Shown here piece after piece: positions 26,972-37,360 of a stretch of DNA of 64,000 bases; the first letter of the stretch is position 1; every line of letters starts with the position of its first letter. The translations under genes were made by a program, and so were the position numbers. Below the pieces are notes generated by a model, which saw only the letters and a program-made list of their open reading frames with translations, had not been told where the DNA came from and made no database searches. The stretch spans positions 10,964 through 74,963 of IMG/VR virus record IMGVR_UViG_3300030329_002830; one strand, given 5' to 3'. The stretch comes from a virus.

Positions 26972-29898
26972 CAGAGACCTCGAATCGCTGCATCCACCGC
27001 GCTGGTGTCAACTGGAGGAGTTGCAGCCGCAACCGGAGCCGAGGCTGCTGGCTTACTCAAGCCTTCAATTTGCTGGGTAAGTTTGGCTATTTGTTGGTTA
27101 ACTGTGTCAAGCTGTTTTGCCCTACCTCTCACTGATGCATTGAGGGCCTGCAATTGGCGGTTCTTAACATCAATTTGAGACTGAATATCAGGGGTAGGCT
27201 GCGGCAAGCTCTCAACCTTGGCTCTCAACCTTTCGACCAAGCCTTTCTGTGCAGCGATTTCTTTTTCAAGTGGGGCTGCCAGTTTGGCGTGTTCTTCGAT
27301 CACTTTTTCAAATTCAGAATCTTCTCTATTCCATTGTTCCTCAGGAAATTCAGCCTTGAAAGCAGCCATAGCCTCACCAAGCTTTCCATCGTTTTGCTGA
27401 TCACGGGCCCTCGATGCAAGGTATCGAGTGACAATGTCTTGATCTACTTCCTCAGGGATGCCAAACGGATCATTCATATCCACATCCGATTCAGGTGGGC
27501 TTTGAAGAAAGTCCCTAAACCTTGGGTCCAGTTCGCCGGTACGAATTTGTCTATCGAACTCAGCGCCTTGCATCTTTGCTTTCAGGTCAGAATCTTCTTC
27601 ACCGAGAGTTTCCACAAACATGTCCCTGTAGCGACCATACTGGGCCTCAAGAGTTTTCGTTGTATCGGCGTCCTTGTCTCTCTTCTGTCTCAACTTTTCA
27701 ATTGCCTCGTCCGATTGGGCCATTGCCTCAAACGTGCCTTCACCCCCGCGCGCAGCAATCACCTTTTCATGCCCAGCTTTTTGGGCACGAATCACATTCT
27801 TAATTTTAGCAAGCTTCGTTTCGTCCGCCTTTAGGGCCGCCTCTCGCTCTTTCAGCAACTGTCGCGCCTCAACATTGCGGCCTTGGGCAGTCAGCGATTC
27901 TCTCAACGAAGCCAACGTCTCTTCGATTTCCCGTTTCTCTTTTGCCAGTGTCTCGTCTGGTGCAAAGCTTTTTACAAGCGTGTCTCTTCTGGTCTGAAGA
28001 TCCTCAAGTCTCAACTCAAGTGGTTCTAAGTCTTTTGGATCGAAGGCGTCCAAGCTTGATGGTGGAGGGGGCGCTGGTTCAGGCGTGGGTTCCTGAAGAA
28101 TTTCAGACCGAAAGGTTTGAGCCATCTTTCTTCTTTCTGGGCCTTGCTCAAAGTCTTCTTCTACTTCCTCTCTGTATGAACCCAGCGCACCCTTAAGGCC
28201 ATCAAAAGAATCATTCCGTTCAGCAGTACCTGGCTTGGTTGCCCTCATGCGCTCGAACGACTCATTGATTTGCCTAAGCAGGTTGTCTCCATATTCACCG
28301 CGCACCTCTTCAGGGAGAACCGCAATGAACTGACGTAGACCCTGTACATTCTTTACGTAGGTCTCTGGGTTATTCGGGTCGTCGGTCTCAATCTTATTAA
28401 GAAATTCTTCGTAAATTGCCCCAACCTCACCAAACTCGTACCGCTTTGGATCCTTGATCGCCTCATCAACAAAGACCTTCCATTCATCGGGCTTCATAGT
28501 CTCAGAACGGGCTTCGTTGAGCTTTTCGTAGCTTGGATAGCCCATACCAATGGCGATCATTTCTTGGGCAGAGGGCGGAAACGCATCAATCTGTTCGAAG
28601 AGTCCCGTAAAGATTCCTACACCTTCACTCTGATCTGCCGCGTCTTTACTCGCCACTAGAGAAGATGCTTGGCCAAGCTGATCGGACATGTAGCTATAGA
28701 AGTTCCCACCGAACTCGTCTTCACCGGGAAGGATGGTTCCGACCGTGACTGGCTTGATTGGCATTTGTTGCACAGGCGGCGGCGTAGGCGTGTCTTCAAA
28801 CCGCCGAGTGCCGGGCGCGTACCCGTACTTATCCTCGAAAGCAATCCGCTCTCGCTGGTACTTGGCCATCTCTCTTTCTGACTCAAGCGCCATGCGCATG
28901 ACTCTTGGGGAAGCCCCAATCGCAGCAGCCCCAATCATTGGTGGCATGGCCAGTGCATTGCCAAGAATCATCTGAGCCATGTTGGTCCTGGCCCCTTGGC
29001 CTGCGTAGCCAGGCATGTTCTGGCCGCCCATTGACTTAGTGATCAACTCACTGATTAGCTTATCAATCTCGTCAGCTTGACCCACCTTTGCTTGGGCCAG
29101 CATGTCTGGAGTGACCTTCTGACCTTTAGCAAGCGGGTAGCCAAACTCGCGATTTGCCACAACCCTCATTGATTCGATTTCTTCATCCAAGCTTTCGATG
29201 CCGGGATTGACTGCTCTCGTTGCCATGTCTCGCGCAGTCTTTGTATCGAAAACTGGGTATGTAGATGCAATGTACTCTTCAGGTTCTCTGCCATTAAAGA
29301 ACTCTTTGACTATGGCGTTGTACCCTTCCATGTGGCGAGAGTCTTCGTTGGCGGCAGCTTTTGCCTGCAACGCAATATCTTTAAGGAGTGCATCCTTTGT
29401 TGCTTGGTTTTTAGCCTTCAAAGTCTTGTCGGCTGTGACCCCTTGGGCGCGCTTAAGCCACGTATCGGCATAGTTTGGTGTCGTCTGTCTTTTCACGCCT
29501 TGTTCGACCGCAGTTACGTTATTCGTGAACCATTTTGTGGCATGAGGAGTTTCCGTTCGCCAATCAAGCATGGCGCGGTTTTTATCAGATGCGTCAATGT
29601 AGTCTTTCGCCAACTTGCTGATTTGCGCTTTGTCTTCTACAAGGGCCTGTGTGCGAGTGTCTTGCAGCTTCATCAGCGCCTGTAGAACAGCCGCTGGGCT
29701 GACCGTTGCACCGCTACGGGCCTTCTTGATCTTCTGTAGCTCTGTGACCATCTTGAGCGTCTGCAACGTGTCGCTGCCGCCGCCAGATGAACCTTTGCCA
29801 GCCATATACTGCTGTGCGGCGAAATCCCTTTGAGGGTCCATGTTCCTGCGCCAGGTGTCGATATAGGTAGTGTAGTTCTGTGTAAATTGATTTGCCAC
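26971..29898 (-). CDS. 975-aa helical/coiled-coil internal virion (ejection) protein
   Basis: Long heptad runs; located between pilot-like genes and the transglycosylase. Confidence 0.65.
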   Translation of the reverse strand: MANQFTQNYTTYIDTWRRNMDPQRDFAAQQYMAGKGSSGGGSDTLQTLKMVTELQKIKKARSGATVSPAAVLQALMKLQDTRTQALVEDKAQISKLAKDYIDASDKNRAMLDWRTETPHATKWFTNNVTAVEQGVKRQTTPNYADTWLKRAQGVTADKTLKAKNQATKDALLKDIALQAKAAANEDSRHMEGYNAIVKEFFNGREPEEYIASTYPVFDTKTARDMATRAVNPGIESLDEEIESMRVVANREFGYPLAKGQKVTPDMLAQAKVGQADEIDKLISELITKSMGGQNMPGYAGQGARTNMAQMILGNALAMPPMIGAAAIGASPRVMRMALESEREMAKYQRERIAFEDKYGYAPGTRRFEDTPTPPPVQQMPIKPVTVGTILPGEDEFGGNFYSYMSDQLGQASSLVASKDAADQSEGVGIFTGLFEQIDAFPPSAQEMIAIGMGYPSYEKLNEARSETMKPDEWKVFVDEAIKDPKRYEFGEVGAIYEEFLNKIETDDPNNPETYVKNVQGLRQFIAVLPEEVRGEYGDNLLRQINESFERMRATKPGTAERNDSFDGLKGALGSYREEVEEDFEQGPERRKMAQTFRSEILQEPTPEPAPPPPSSLDAFDPKDLEPLELRLEDLQTRRDTLVKSFAPDETLAKEKREIEETLASLRESLTAQGRNVEARQLLKEREAALKADETKLAKIKNVIRAQKAGHEKVIAARGGEGTFEAMAQSDEAIEKLRQKRDKDADTTKTLEAQYGRYRDMFVETLGEEDSDLKAKMQGAEFDRQIRTGELDPRFRDFLQSPPESDVDMNDPFGIPEEVDQDIVTRYLASRARDQQNDGKLGEAMAAFKAEFPEEQWNREDSEFEKVIEEHAKLAAPLEKEIAAQKGLVERLRAKVESLPQPTPDIQSQIDVKNRQLQALNASVRGRAKQLDTVNQQIAKLTQQIEGLSKPAASAPVAAATPPVDTSAVDAAIRGL

Positions 29899-29907
29899 AG
29901 TAGCCTC

Positions 29908-30480
29908 TTAGGTCAGGTCCAAGTAAAGCACCAATAGCTTATCACCCGCAGTGCTTGTACCACCAACATTGCTAATATAGTCTTTCGACTGAATCTTGAA
30001 CTCAGATGTTCTATCCGTGATGAGGCCGCTTGTGCCATTTTGCTCGTAAACATAAACGAGCGCATCACCCACATTGATTCCAGTTAGCTTGAAAGACCCG
30101 GCAGCAGCGCCAGTAAGAACTGCCTGCTTCATGAAGCCATCAGCAAGCTTGGTCTTGGTCACAGCGCCAGGCGCAATCAAGTCAGAGTCCACAAAGCCAG
30201 AAGCAAACAAGGCCCGTGTCGCGGCGTTGGCAGCAAATGAGCCAACCGAAAAAAGCACAGACACGACCGCGTTGGTCAAAGCGCCTGGCGCAATCTTGTC
30301 CTGAAGGGTCGAGCTATCAAAGAAGCCGTCTTGAATGCGGCTCCTACCAGGCTTGTTTGCCGGCAACAATACTCTTGGAAGCCTGGTTTTAGGTGAGGCA
30401 TCACCAGAAAGTGAAAACCTGCGCCTACCGCTTTCTGTGCGGTCGTCGGCAGCAACTGATCGTCCGTTGCGCCATGCCAC
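29908..30480 (-). CDS. Structural protein with IAPGAVT-type fibre repeats
   Basis: KIAPGALT and LIAPGAVTKTKLA. Confidence 0.6.
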   Translation of the reverse strand: MAWRNGRSVAADDRTESGRRRFSLSGDASPKTRLPRVLLPANKPGRSRIQDGFFDSSTLQDKIAPGALTNAVVSVLFSVGSFAANAATRALFASGFVDSDLIAPGAVTKTKLADGFMKQAVLTGAAAGSFKLTGINVGDALVYVYEQNGTSGLITDRTSEFKIQSKDYISNVGGTSTAGDKLLVLYLDLT

Positions 30481-30482
30481 TA

Positions 30483-31592
30483 TTATTTCACGCTGCCCGG
30501 AATATGGTATGGAGACCAGACAGGAACAGACCCTCCATAGATATTTTGCGACAGTATTTGGTCATTAACATCAAACTGAGGGGGCTTAGACAAAAACGGA
30601 GGATTGGAAGCCACAGGCGCAATTGGGGGCGTGGGAGGCTCAGTCGCATAGCCGGGAAACCATTCTTCATGGGCCCCCACAGCAACAGCCCCTTGTGCAA
30701 TTTCTCTCTGTTTTTGAAAAAGGTTGTGGTGCTTAGTTGACAGCCGCTCGGAGACGTCTTTGCCGGCCTTGCCTCGCTCAGCAATTTCACGTTCAACACC
30801 TAACAATTTCTGGCCAGTCGCCGCATATTGGCCAGGAGCCCTGATTGCGGTTTTGTATTCCTTAGGCGTCATTCCATACTGGGCAGCAGCAGCCTTTGTT
30901 TGTGCCCCTTGAGCCACTGCACCTGCGATAGATGGCGCAACTGAAGACAAAAGCTCTCCACCAACCCGAAAGGCCCCAGACAGCAGATTCATCTTCGCTT
31001 GTCGCTGACGCTCTCTTTCTTGAACGTCATACGCAAACCGGGCTTGTCGGGCGGCATACTTTTCAGCCGACTTCTGCGCTGCCTCTGCGGCCTCTTCCTT
31101 GCTCCGCTGAGCACGGGCAGCTTCCTGGTATCCTCTGAAAGCTTCCTGCTCTGCCCTGGCTGCACGCTCTTGCTGGCCGGCAGAGGTCCGCACGTCCGAG
31201 GCGGCGGTCGCGGCCTCTCTGCGCCTTCTGGCCTCAGCAGCCATGGCGCGGCCCGGCGCTGTAAGCTCCTCTTCTCTGGCCACACGCTGCCGCGACGACC
31301 ACCAGATTGGACCGCCCGTGTATGGCGGAGGAGCGACACCGGGGGCACTCTCAATGGCGTAGGCCATGCCCAACTGAAGAGCACCAAGACCTGCGTTAAC
31401 GCCAGCAGTACCAAGAGCAACCTTTTGCCATGCTTGAGCCTGCGCCTGCTGCCCAGTCGCTTGGAACCACGCTGCGCGTTGAGATGGGTCCATCTGAGTG
31501 AACATCATCATGGAGTACGGATCTCGACTCATGGTGCCGACAGCAGCGCCCGGCTGAGCTTGTGACAAATCTTTTGGAAGAGGCTTAGCCAT
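30483..31592 (-). CDS. Ala/Gln-rich ejection/pilot-like protein
   Basis: Hydrophobic Gly/Ala segments separated by a coiled coil. Confidence 0.6.
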   Translation of the reverse strand: MAKPLPKDLSQAQPGAAVGTMSRDPYSMMMFTQMDPSQRAAWFQATGQQAQAQAWQKVALGTAGVNAGLGALQLGMAYAIESAPGVAPPPYTGGPIWWSSRQRVAREEELTAPGRAMAAEARRRREAATAASDVRTSAGQQERAARAEQEAFRGYQEAARAQRSKEEAAEAAQKSAEKYAARQARFAYDVQERERQRQAKMNLLSGAFRVGGELLSSVAPSIAGAVAQGAQTKAAAAQYGMTPKEYKTAIRAPGQYAATGQKLLGVEREIAERGKAGKDVSERLSTKHHNLFQKQREIAQGAVAVGAHEEWFPGYATEPPTPPIAPVASNPPFLSKPPQFDVNDQILSQNIYGGSVPVWSPYHIPGSVK

Positions 31593-31601
31593 ATCGTTCC
31601 C

Positions 31602-32162
31602 CTATGCGACCGTGCCTGACCAGCCCTTGCGAGCCTTCATTGAATCCCAGCCGGAACCACCGCCAGAGGCCGCACCGCCGACACCAGCCATTCCCTGAGA
31701 CAAGACTACGTCGGCATCGCCACGGCGAACACCACCGCCCTTTGCGGCCCTTTGAGCCATCGCTGACTCAGCGGCAGCGGCGCTTTCTTGTGCCTTTGAC
31801 TCACGCCAAGCAATGTTGGCCTGCTCCTTCTCTTGCTTCTCTGCCAGCTTCTTCTGGTACTTGGTGTCTGCGGTAGCCTGCGCGCGGGCTTCCTCTTCGG
31901 CCTTCCCGCCCTTCTTTCCGAATAGACTTCCAATACCAAAGCCCCCGGCTGTACCAATAGCGCCGCCAATTGCAGCCCCAGCCGCAGCAGTAAAAGGATT
32001 AAAGCCCCCCCCAGCGATGCCACCAATAATTCCACCAATCGCCGCACCCGCGCCACCGCCAACCGCCGTGCCACCCGCCTGGCCGCGAGCCTTGGCTTCC
32101 ATCCTGCGCTGGTCAGCGTAGCGGTCAACCTGCCGCTTCTCGTATGCGCTAAGCCGTGCCAT
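31602..32162 (-). CDS. Glycine-zipper ejection/pilot-like protein
   Basis: GAAIGGIIGGIAGG...GAAIGGAIG followed by a coiled coil. Confidence 0.65.
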   Translation of the reverse strand: MARLSAYEKRQVDRYADQRRMEAKARGQAGGTAVGGGAGAAIGGIIGGIAGGGFNPFTAAAGAAIGGAIGTAGGFGIGSLFGKKGGKAEEEARAQATADTKYQKKLAEKQEKEQANIAWRESKAQESAAAAESAMAQRAAKGGGVRRGDADVVLSQGMAGVGGAASGGGSGWDSMKARKGWSGTVA

Positions 32163-32188
32163 TAGAAACCCTCAAAGTCAGTCTAACA

Positions 32189-33028
32189 TTATTCCGTTCT
32201 ATCACGGTAAATCCTTGCCGCGCTCAGGACAAAGTTTCGCGGGTCAACATAGATGTGTTTCACCCTGTGGCCCTCTTTGGTTCCATCGTCATCTTCAAGC
32301 GCAAAGTAGCCATTCCCTGAGATGTTCTTAAGCAGATACATCACGCCAACCCAAATGTGGTGTGTACCAGGGTTTAGTTCCTGCATCCAAGTTAGGCTAA
32401 AGTTTTGACGCCTAAACTTGTATCCAGTATCGGAAGTTGCATACAAAACCCTACGTGTTGAAAATACAGACTTCCTGTCAGCATTCCCTGAGTCTGGGCT
32501 TTGGTATTGAAGCATAAACATAGCACACCTGTCATCCAGGGCTACATTCTTATCTTCCCGTTTGGAGTACCCCGTGTCTCCCCCAGACTCCATTGAAAAC
32601 CAGTTTGCATTGACTGTAACCAACGACCTGGAGTCCAAGTGAATAGACCCTGAAAGCCCCTCAACAGGGGTAAAAAGACCATCAGCCTGCGGAATCGCAT
32701 CATCATACAAACCAAGGTTTGGCGGCGCCCCAATCTTATCTTCCCTGTACCAACCACCCTGCTCATGTCGGTAGTACCGAGACTCAATGTTGTGCGGACG
32801 ATACCTGTAGTGCGTATCACCCGACACAGCCTCCACTCGGGGCGCTGGTGATCCGTAAAACTCCGGCTTGAAAACATGGCGGGAGTCGACCCACGGGTCG
32901 GTTTTCAAGTCTTCTTCGTTGATGCTGCCGTTGACCCAGTTCTCTAACTCACCGAATCTATCGGCAATAGAATCCGGGCTAAACGGGTCGCCTGGTGTAA
33001 ATGTAGACCAGCCTGGACCAAGAGGCAT
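32189..33028 (-). CDS. Tail appendage protein
   Basis: N-terminal FTPGD..FGELENWVNGSINEEDL attachment-like motif. Confidence 0.6.
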   Translation of the reverse strand: MPLGPGWSTFTPGDPFSPDSIADRFGELENWVNGSINEEDLKTDPWVDSRHVFKPEFYGSPAPRVEAVSGDTHYRYRPHNIESRYYRHEQGGWYREDKIGAPPNLGLYDDAIPQADGLFTPVEGLSGSIHLDSRSLVTVNANWFSMESGGDTGYSKREDKNVALDDRCAMFMLQYQSPDSGNADRKSVFSTRRVLYATSDTGYKFRRQNFSLTWMQELNPGTHHIWVGVMYLLKNISGNGYFALEDDDGTKEGHRVKHIYVDPRNFVLSAARIYRDRTE

Positions 33029-34119
33029 TATCGACCCCCAGAGTATGTCACGGCGTTCATTGTCAGGTTTCTAATGTGTACGCCCTGGAAAAGTTCATTG
33101 TTTCCTTGTCGCACATACCTTGCTGTGCCGGAATGTTCCGCTTCATAGGACTCAGAAGACTCGTCTTCATCTACAACTTCCCATTCACTGGTTCTTGTTG
33201 AAGATATAGGCTCGGTTATTTCAGTGCCCCAAATGCACGGCACAGTATCATCAAATGTCATTTTAATGATTGGCACAAATGTTGTTGATTGGTCTCCGCC
33301 GGTAGGCTTCCAGACAAAGCACGCCTGGTATGTAAAGTTATATGAGAAGGTGTTTGGGCTTGGCGAGTCTCCTGGGGAAAACCCAAAATCAGCCCACTTC
33401 TGGTGTGGAACAATTTGCTTGGCGCCAAATTCATTTTCATACCAACCACTAAGCATGGAGCTACTGAGTAGCGTTGGCCCAGTCGCTCCACTCGGAGTGT
33501 AAAATGATACGTCTCCATCTGACTCTGCAAAGCTGTTCCACAGACCACCGCTCCACGGCAACTGGAACCACTGAACGGTAGACATCTCTATGGTGTAGTC
33601 TTCGCCGTCAGTGCTTGGACTGCCCCTTCTGCCGAGAGCACACTTAATGATTGGGCCTTTCCACCTTTGCTTATAGGTGCGCCTGTATGTCTGAAATGCA
33701 ATATCGTTCATCCAGATCGAAAAAGAGCACTTGATAACAGACGCATCAAACTTGTTGCCATTGTTCTGTACAATGACATGAGGACTAATATGGGTGCTAC
33801 CCATTGCAGGGCCGAGCGCACCGTTCTTGTTTGTGACATTTGCCGAATCCCAAACCGGTATTTGATTTAGGCCAGACACAGGCTCGCCATCATTCACATA
33901 CCGAGTCAATGGTGATGACACACCGCGCGCTTGAAACCAAGAAAAGTCTCGAATAAACGCAGGGTCTTGAAACTGCCTTGCCTCCAACGCCTCGTCGCGA
34001 ACATTTAGAGCATCAATGTTCGATGCTTGGCCTCGAATGCTGGCAATGCCATCATTAATCGCGCCAGATGTAACTGATTGGCCTGGCTGAACTTTTGGCG
34101 GACTGACTCTACCCATCAT
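33028..34119 (-). CDS. Tail appendage protein
   Basis: Related N-terminus PGQSV..IND..NIDALNV. Confidence 0.6.
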   Translation of the reverse strand: MMGRVSPPKVQPGQSVTSGAINDGIASIRGQASNIDALNVRDEALEARQFQDPAFIRDFSWFQARGVSSPLTRYVNDGEPVSGLNQIPVWDSANVTNKNGALGPAMGSTHISPHVIVQNNGNKFDASVIKCSFSIWMNDIAFQTYRRTYKQRWKGPIIKCALGRRGSPSTDGEDYTIEMSTVQWFQLPWSGGLWNSFAESDGDVSFYTPSGATGPTLLSSSMLSGWYENEFGAKQIVPHQKWADFGFSPGDSPSPNTFSYNFTYQACFVWKPTGGDQSTTFVPIIKMTFDDTVPCIWGTEITEPISSTRTSEWEVVDEDESSESYEAEHSGTARYVRQGNNELFQGVHIRNLTMNAVTYSGGR

Positions 34120-35126
34120 CTCTTCCTATAAACTACAGTAAGCGCGCGACCACGAACACGACACTTGGCGCCCATTTTCGGAACCCGCGTTGCATCCTCA
34201 CTGATCGGATTCACAGATGTAAGACCGGTTTCCGACGCTGCAAGCACAGAAGCGGTCGCCTGCATTTTAGAGACACGGGCGGCACGAACTTCAGTCTTGA
34301 TTGTATGCCTACCAGCAGACACAGGCGCAGCAGCAGTCAAGTAAACGCCGTTTCGGTAAAGACCGATAGACAGCCAACCAGTCTCGGCAACGGTGATTCC
34401 ATCGACCGTGATTCGGAACGCTACACAATCATCATCGCTGGGCTTTTCGGCAAACCCACCATTGAAATGCTTGCACGATGGGGCGCCAGCCCCTGAATGC
34501 CCAGCGCCTGCGTATGAGCCTGTTGAAGTAGGCACCCAAACAGGATCAGTCGCGGTGTTATTCCACTGATGGAAAAAATCATCCCAATCGTCTTGAACAC
34601 TCTGAGGGGTCTCAGCCGGAAAGCCAAATTCAGCATGCACTCGGGGATAAGTAACGGGAAATGGCGGATAACCAGAGCCCGAGTATTGAAATGCCGTTGT
34701 GCCTGCGTTGTACTGAAACCAAGCCTGTGACCCGCCTGGGGGATCTGCCGGCTCACGCCACTGATAGGAAGCGTGAAAGTCACACTCTACCCAGCCGTCA
34801 GTGTCAGCAGAAAACTCTACAGATGGCATCTTGTCGATAGTTTCAGAGCCGTCAAAACTTGACCATGCCGTAGTTCTCATCGGAATATCGAAGTCATTCT
34901 CTGGATCTTCTGGGCTTGGCCCATCCGTATCAGCATCGGCGCTGTAAAACACCTTCACAAAAGCGTTCCTACGAACCATTGAGCGCTTAATGATGTCTTT
35001 GCGAAGATTGTCTCTATCCAGAAACCCGTTCAACTCGCTTGAGTAAACATCAATGTTGTCGTTCCAGTGAGAGACGTGAAGAACATCGCCGTCCACAGGC
35101 AACACATCAGGAAATCTCCAAGCCAC
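34116..35126 (-). CDS. Tail appendage protein
   Basis: Related N-terminus DGDVL..WNDN..LNGFLDRDNL. Confidence 0.6.
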   Translation of the reverse strand: MAWRFPDVLPVDGDVLHVSHWNDNIDVYSSELNGFLDRDNLRKDIIKRSMVRRNAFVKVFYSADADTDGPSPEDPENDFDIPMRTTAWSSFDGSETIDKMPSVEFSADTDGWVECDFHASYQWREPADPPGGSQAWFQYNAGTTAFQYSGSGYPPFPVTYPRVHAEFGFPAETPQSVQDDWDDFFHQWNNTATDPVWVPTSTGSYAGAGHSGAGAPSCKHFNGGFAEKPSDDDCVAFRITVDGITVAETGWLSIGLYRNGVYLTAAAPVSAGRHTIKTEVRAARVSKMQATASVLAASETGLTSVNPISEDATRVPKMGAKCRVRGRALTVVYRKR

Positions 35127-35128
35127 CG

Positions 35129-37360
35129 CTACCTCCGATCCGCAGTCAAAACATCCGTAAGGACACGAATATCGCGCTGTGCCCCGACCTTCGCTTCAAT
35201 GTCATAGCCCACAAGCTCAATGTGCGGGTTGTCTGAGTCCGTTGCGGTCATGATCAACTGAAGCTCAGTGACCAGGCTTTCGTGCATCAGGCTCACATCA
35301 TATCTGAATGGAATCGGTCGGTAGTGGCCCCACTCAGTTGAATCAACAAACAACAAGTCATCACTGTAGAAATCAGAAGGAGAAATAAGGTCTCTCTGAG
35401 AAGTAGACTTTGACTCCGTTAGGGTCTGATCCAAAGACCTGTTGACATTAAGGTTCAAAGACATCCCGAGATTGCCGCGAGCAACAGCAAACACATTCAC
35501 ATAAGCTGGCTGTACCCCAGAGTAGACATTGCCGAAATTCAATGGCGCCGTCTGGTAAAGGGGAGAAACCTTCGTTGTCTCAGGGCCGCCCCAGTTTGAG
35601 CCCTTTCGTATCTCTGAATGAGTGTAGACATGGATTCCAGGCCGCCTTTCGGGGTCTGAGCTACCAAAGAACAGGTAGCCTCTGTGGTCTTTTGACTCAA
35701 CAGCGCACCGAACGGGAACGTCAAACCGGCGACTCCATGTACCTACTGGATAATGGAAGACATACACCAACGTGTTTTCAGTCTCACCAAGGCCGGGTAG
35801 GCACAACCAGAACTCGCGGTCCCGGTGGTAAACGACGCCTACGGCACCAGCGAGCGCCGAGTCTGACAAGTCATCAAACCAGTCTCGAATAGGCACACTA
35901 AGCTCAGTGATGCCGGTAGGAGAGCCGGTGTTCTCCAGGGCGCCCTCAAGCACGTAAATGCCAGTCTCAGAGAGGAAGACCAAACCAACGCCAGGAACCT
36001 CTGCAATGCTGTTTGCGGCAACACACCCCATGTCTTTCGTCAGGGTTTGTACATAGAAGCCGTTGGCTGGATCACCCTTGACCAAGTAAATCCCGCGCCG
36101 CTTGAACACGACAAGAGCGTTCTTCGTTGGGTAGATGCCCGTGATGTCACCACCGTCGCCCTCGCTAATGTCAAACACGTTGTTGAGCGGAAAAACCTCT
36201 GGCATGTTCGGAGCGCTGAACTGGATTTGGTTGTTCGGCATACCAGCCAAAAACATCGTGTTCTTGAATGTTGCGATGAACTTGGCTTGAGCGGGCCACG
36301 GCCCAAAGTCTTCCGGGTCTGCCAAAGCCCCAAGGTTTCCATCACTCAGGCCATCCTCGAAGGTGGTCGTGATGTTGTCCTGGATTTCCTTCACAAAGTA
36401 GTAGTTGTACCCGTAGTTCCGACTCGTCGGCTGCCCATAGGAGTCATAGACATCTCGGGTCCGGTAGATTCTACGCGCTACCGTTTCCGCATCGCCGGTA
36501 GGCAGGTTTAGTTGCACGAATCGAGTCTTGCCTTTGTCTCCACACTCAAACTGCACCAGCGTGCTGGGCTCCGACATGGGACTTTCTTGGCCGCGCCGAT
36601 TCACAAACGTGACCCGGTACTTGTAGGCGCACAGCTTTCCGTCACCCTCGCCAGAGTCAAAAGGCAGGCTTGAGCCAAGACCCTGGTTTCTGACTCGTGT
36701 TCCAAGCCAATACGACGTGCTCTCAGTGTCATAGTCACGGAACACCAACTCAGCACCAGGCGGACCCGGCGCCTGAATGTACCCAGCGCGACCTGTGACC
36801 CGACCATCGTAAACAATCGGCTCGTCTTGGCCATTCACCATGTAGATACGGCCACCCCAAACAACGGACTGTGTTGAGGCGCCCGGCGTTCTGGTCACAA
36901 ACCTTGAGCGCTCAGTGCCGTCCCAAATCTTGTTCTGACGATCCTTCAAGTACACGTATGGCGCGTTTGGCGTGTCTCCACGAAACCGTGAAAGAGATCC
37001 CTTGTCATCTTCCCAGATTAGGAATTGCCTGGCGCCATTGTGCTGAGAGAACCAATGAAGAGACTGGATGGTGGCGTTGTCCGAAACGGTGGCACCTGTA
37101 GTCGGTGAAATCCCACCCGTTGAGCCACCACCAGGAGTAGGCGGGGAAAACTCGGAACTCACAGCGCCAGAGACAACCACGGTGCCCCAGGGCTCGTATT
37201 TGCGTGAATACTTAGTGATTGGGCGGAAGCCGCCACACGATGTCCAAGAATCATTCAGCGTCCACCGCATGTCTTGAACGTCATACGCAGAGTCAGGCGA
37301 GACCTGATACCGAAGATCGACACCGCGAAGGCGGGCAAGAGTAAACGCTTGAGTTTTCAT
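35129..37360 (-). CDS. Tail nozzle/stabilisation protein (tubular protein B-like)
   Basis: Beta-propeller signatures FKNTMFLAG, GGDITGI..ALVVFK, MGCVAANSI; follows the adaptor. Confidence 0.75.
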   Translation of the reverse strand: MKTQAFTLARLRGVDLRYQVSPDSAYDVQDMRWTLNDSWTSCGGFRPITKYSRKYEPWGTVVVSGAVSSEFSPPTPGGGSTGGISPTTGATVSDNATIQSLHWFSQHNGARQFLIWEDDKGSLSRFRGDTPNAPYVYLKDRQNKIWDGTERSRFVTRTPGASTQSVVWGGRIYMVNGQDEPIVYDGRVTGRAGYIQAPGPPGAELVFRDYDTESTSYWLGTRVRNQGLGSSLPFDSGEGDGKLCAYKYRVTFVNRRGQESPMSEPSTLVQFECGDKGKTRFVQLNLPTGDAETVARRIYRTRDVYDSYGQPTSRNYGYNYYFVKEIQDNITTTFEDGLSDGNLGALADPEDFGPWPAQAKFIATFKNTMFLAGMPNNQIQFSAPNMPEVFPLNNVFDISEGDGGDITGIYPTKNALVVFKRRGIYLVKGDPANGFYVQTLTKDMGCVAANSIAEVPGVGLVFLSETGIYVLEGALENTGSPTGITELSVPIRDWFDDLSDSALAGAVGVVYHRDREFWLCLPGLGETENTLVYVFHYPVGTWSRRFDVPVRCAVESKDHRGYLFFGSSDPERRPGIHVYTHSEIRKGSNWGGPETTKVSPLYQTAPLNFGNVYSGVQPAYVNVFAVARGNLGMSLNLNVNRSLDQTLTESKSTSQRDLISPSDFYSDDLLFVDSTEWGHYRPIPFRYDVSLMHESLVTELQLIMTATDSDNPHIELVGYDIEAKVGAQRDIRVLTDVLTADRR

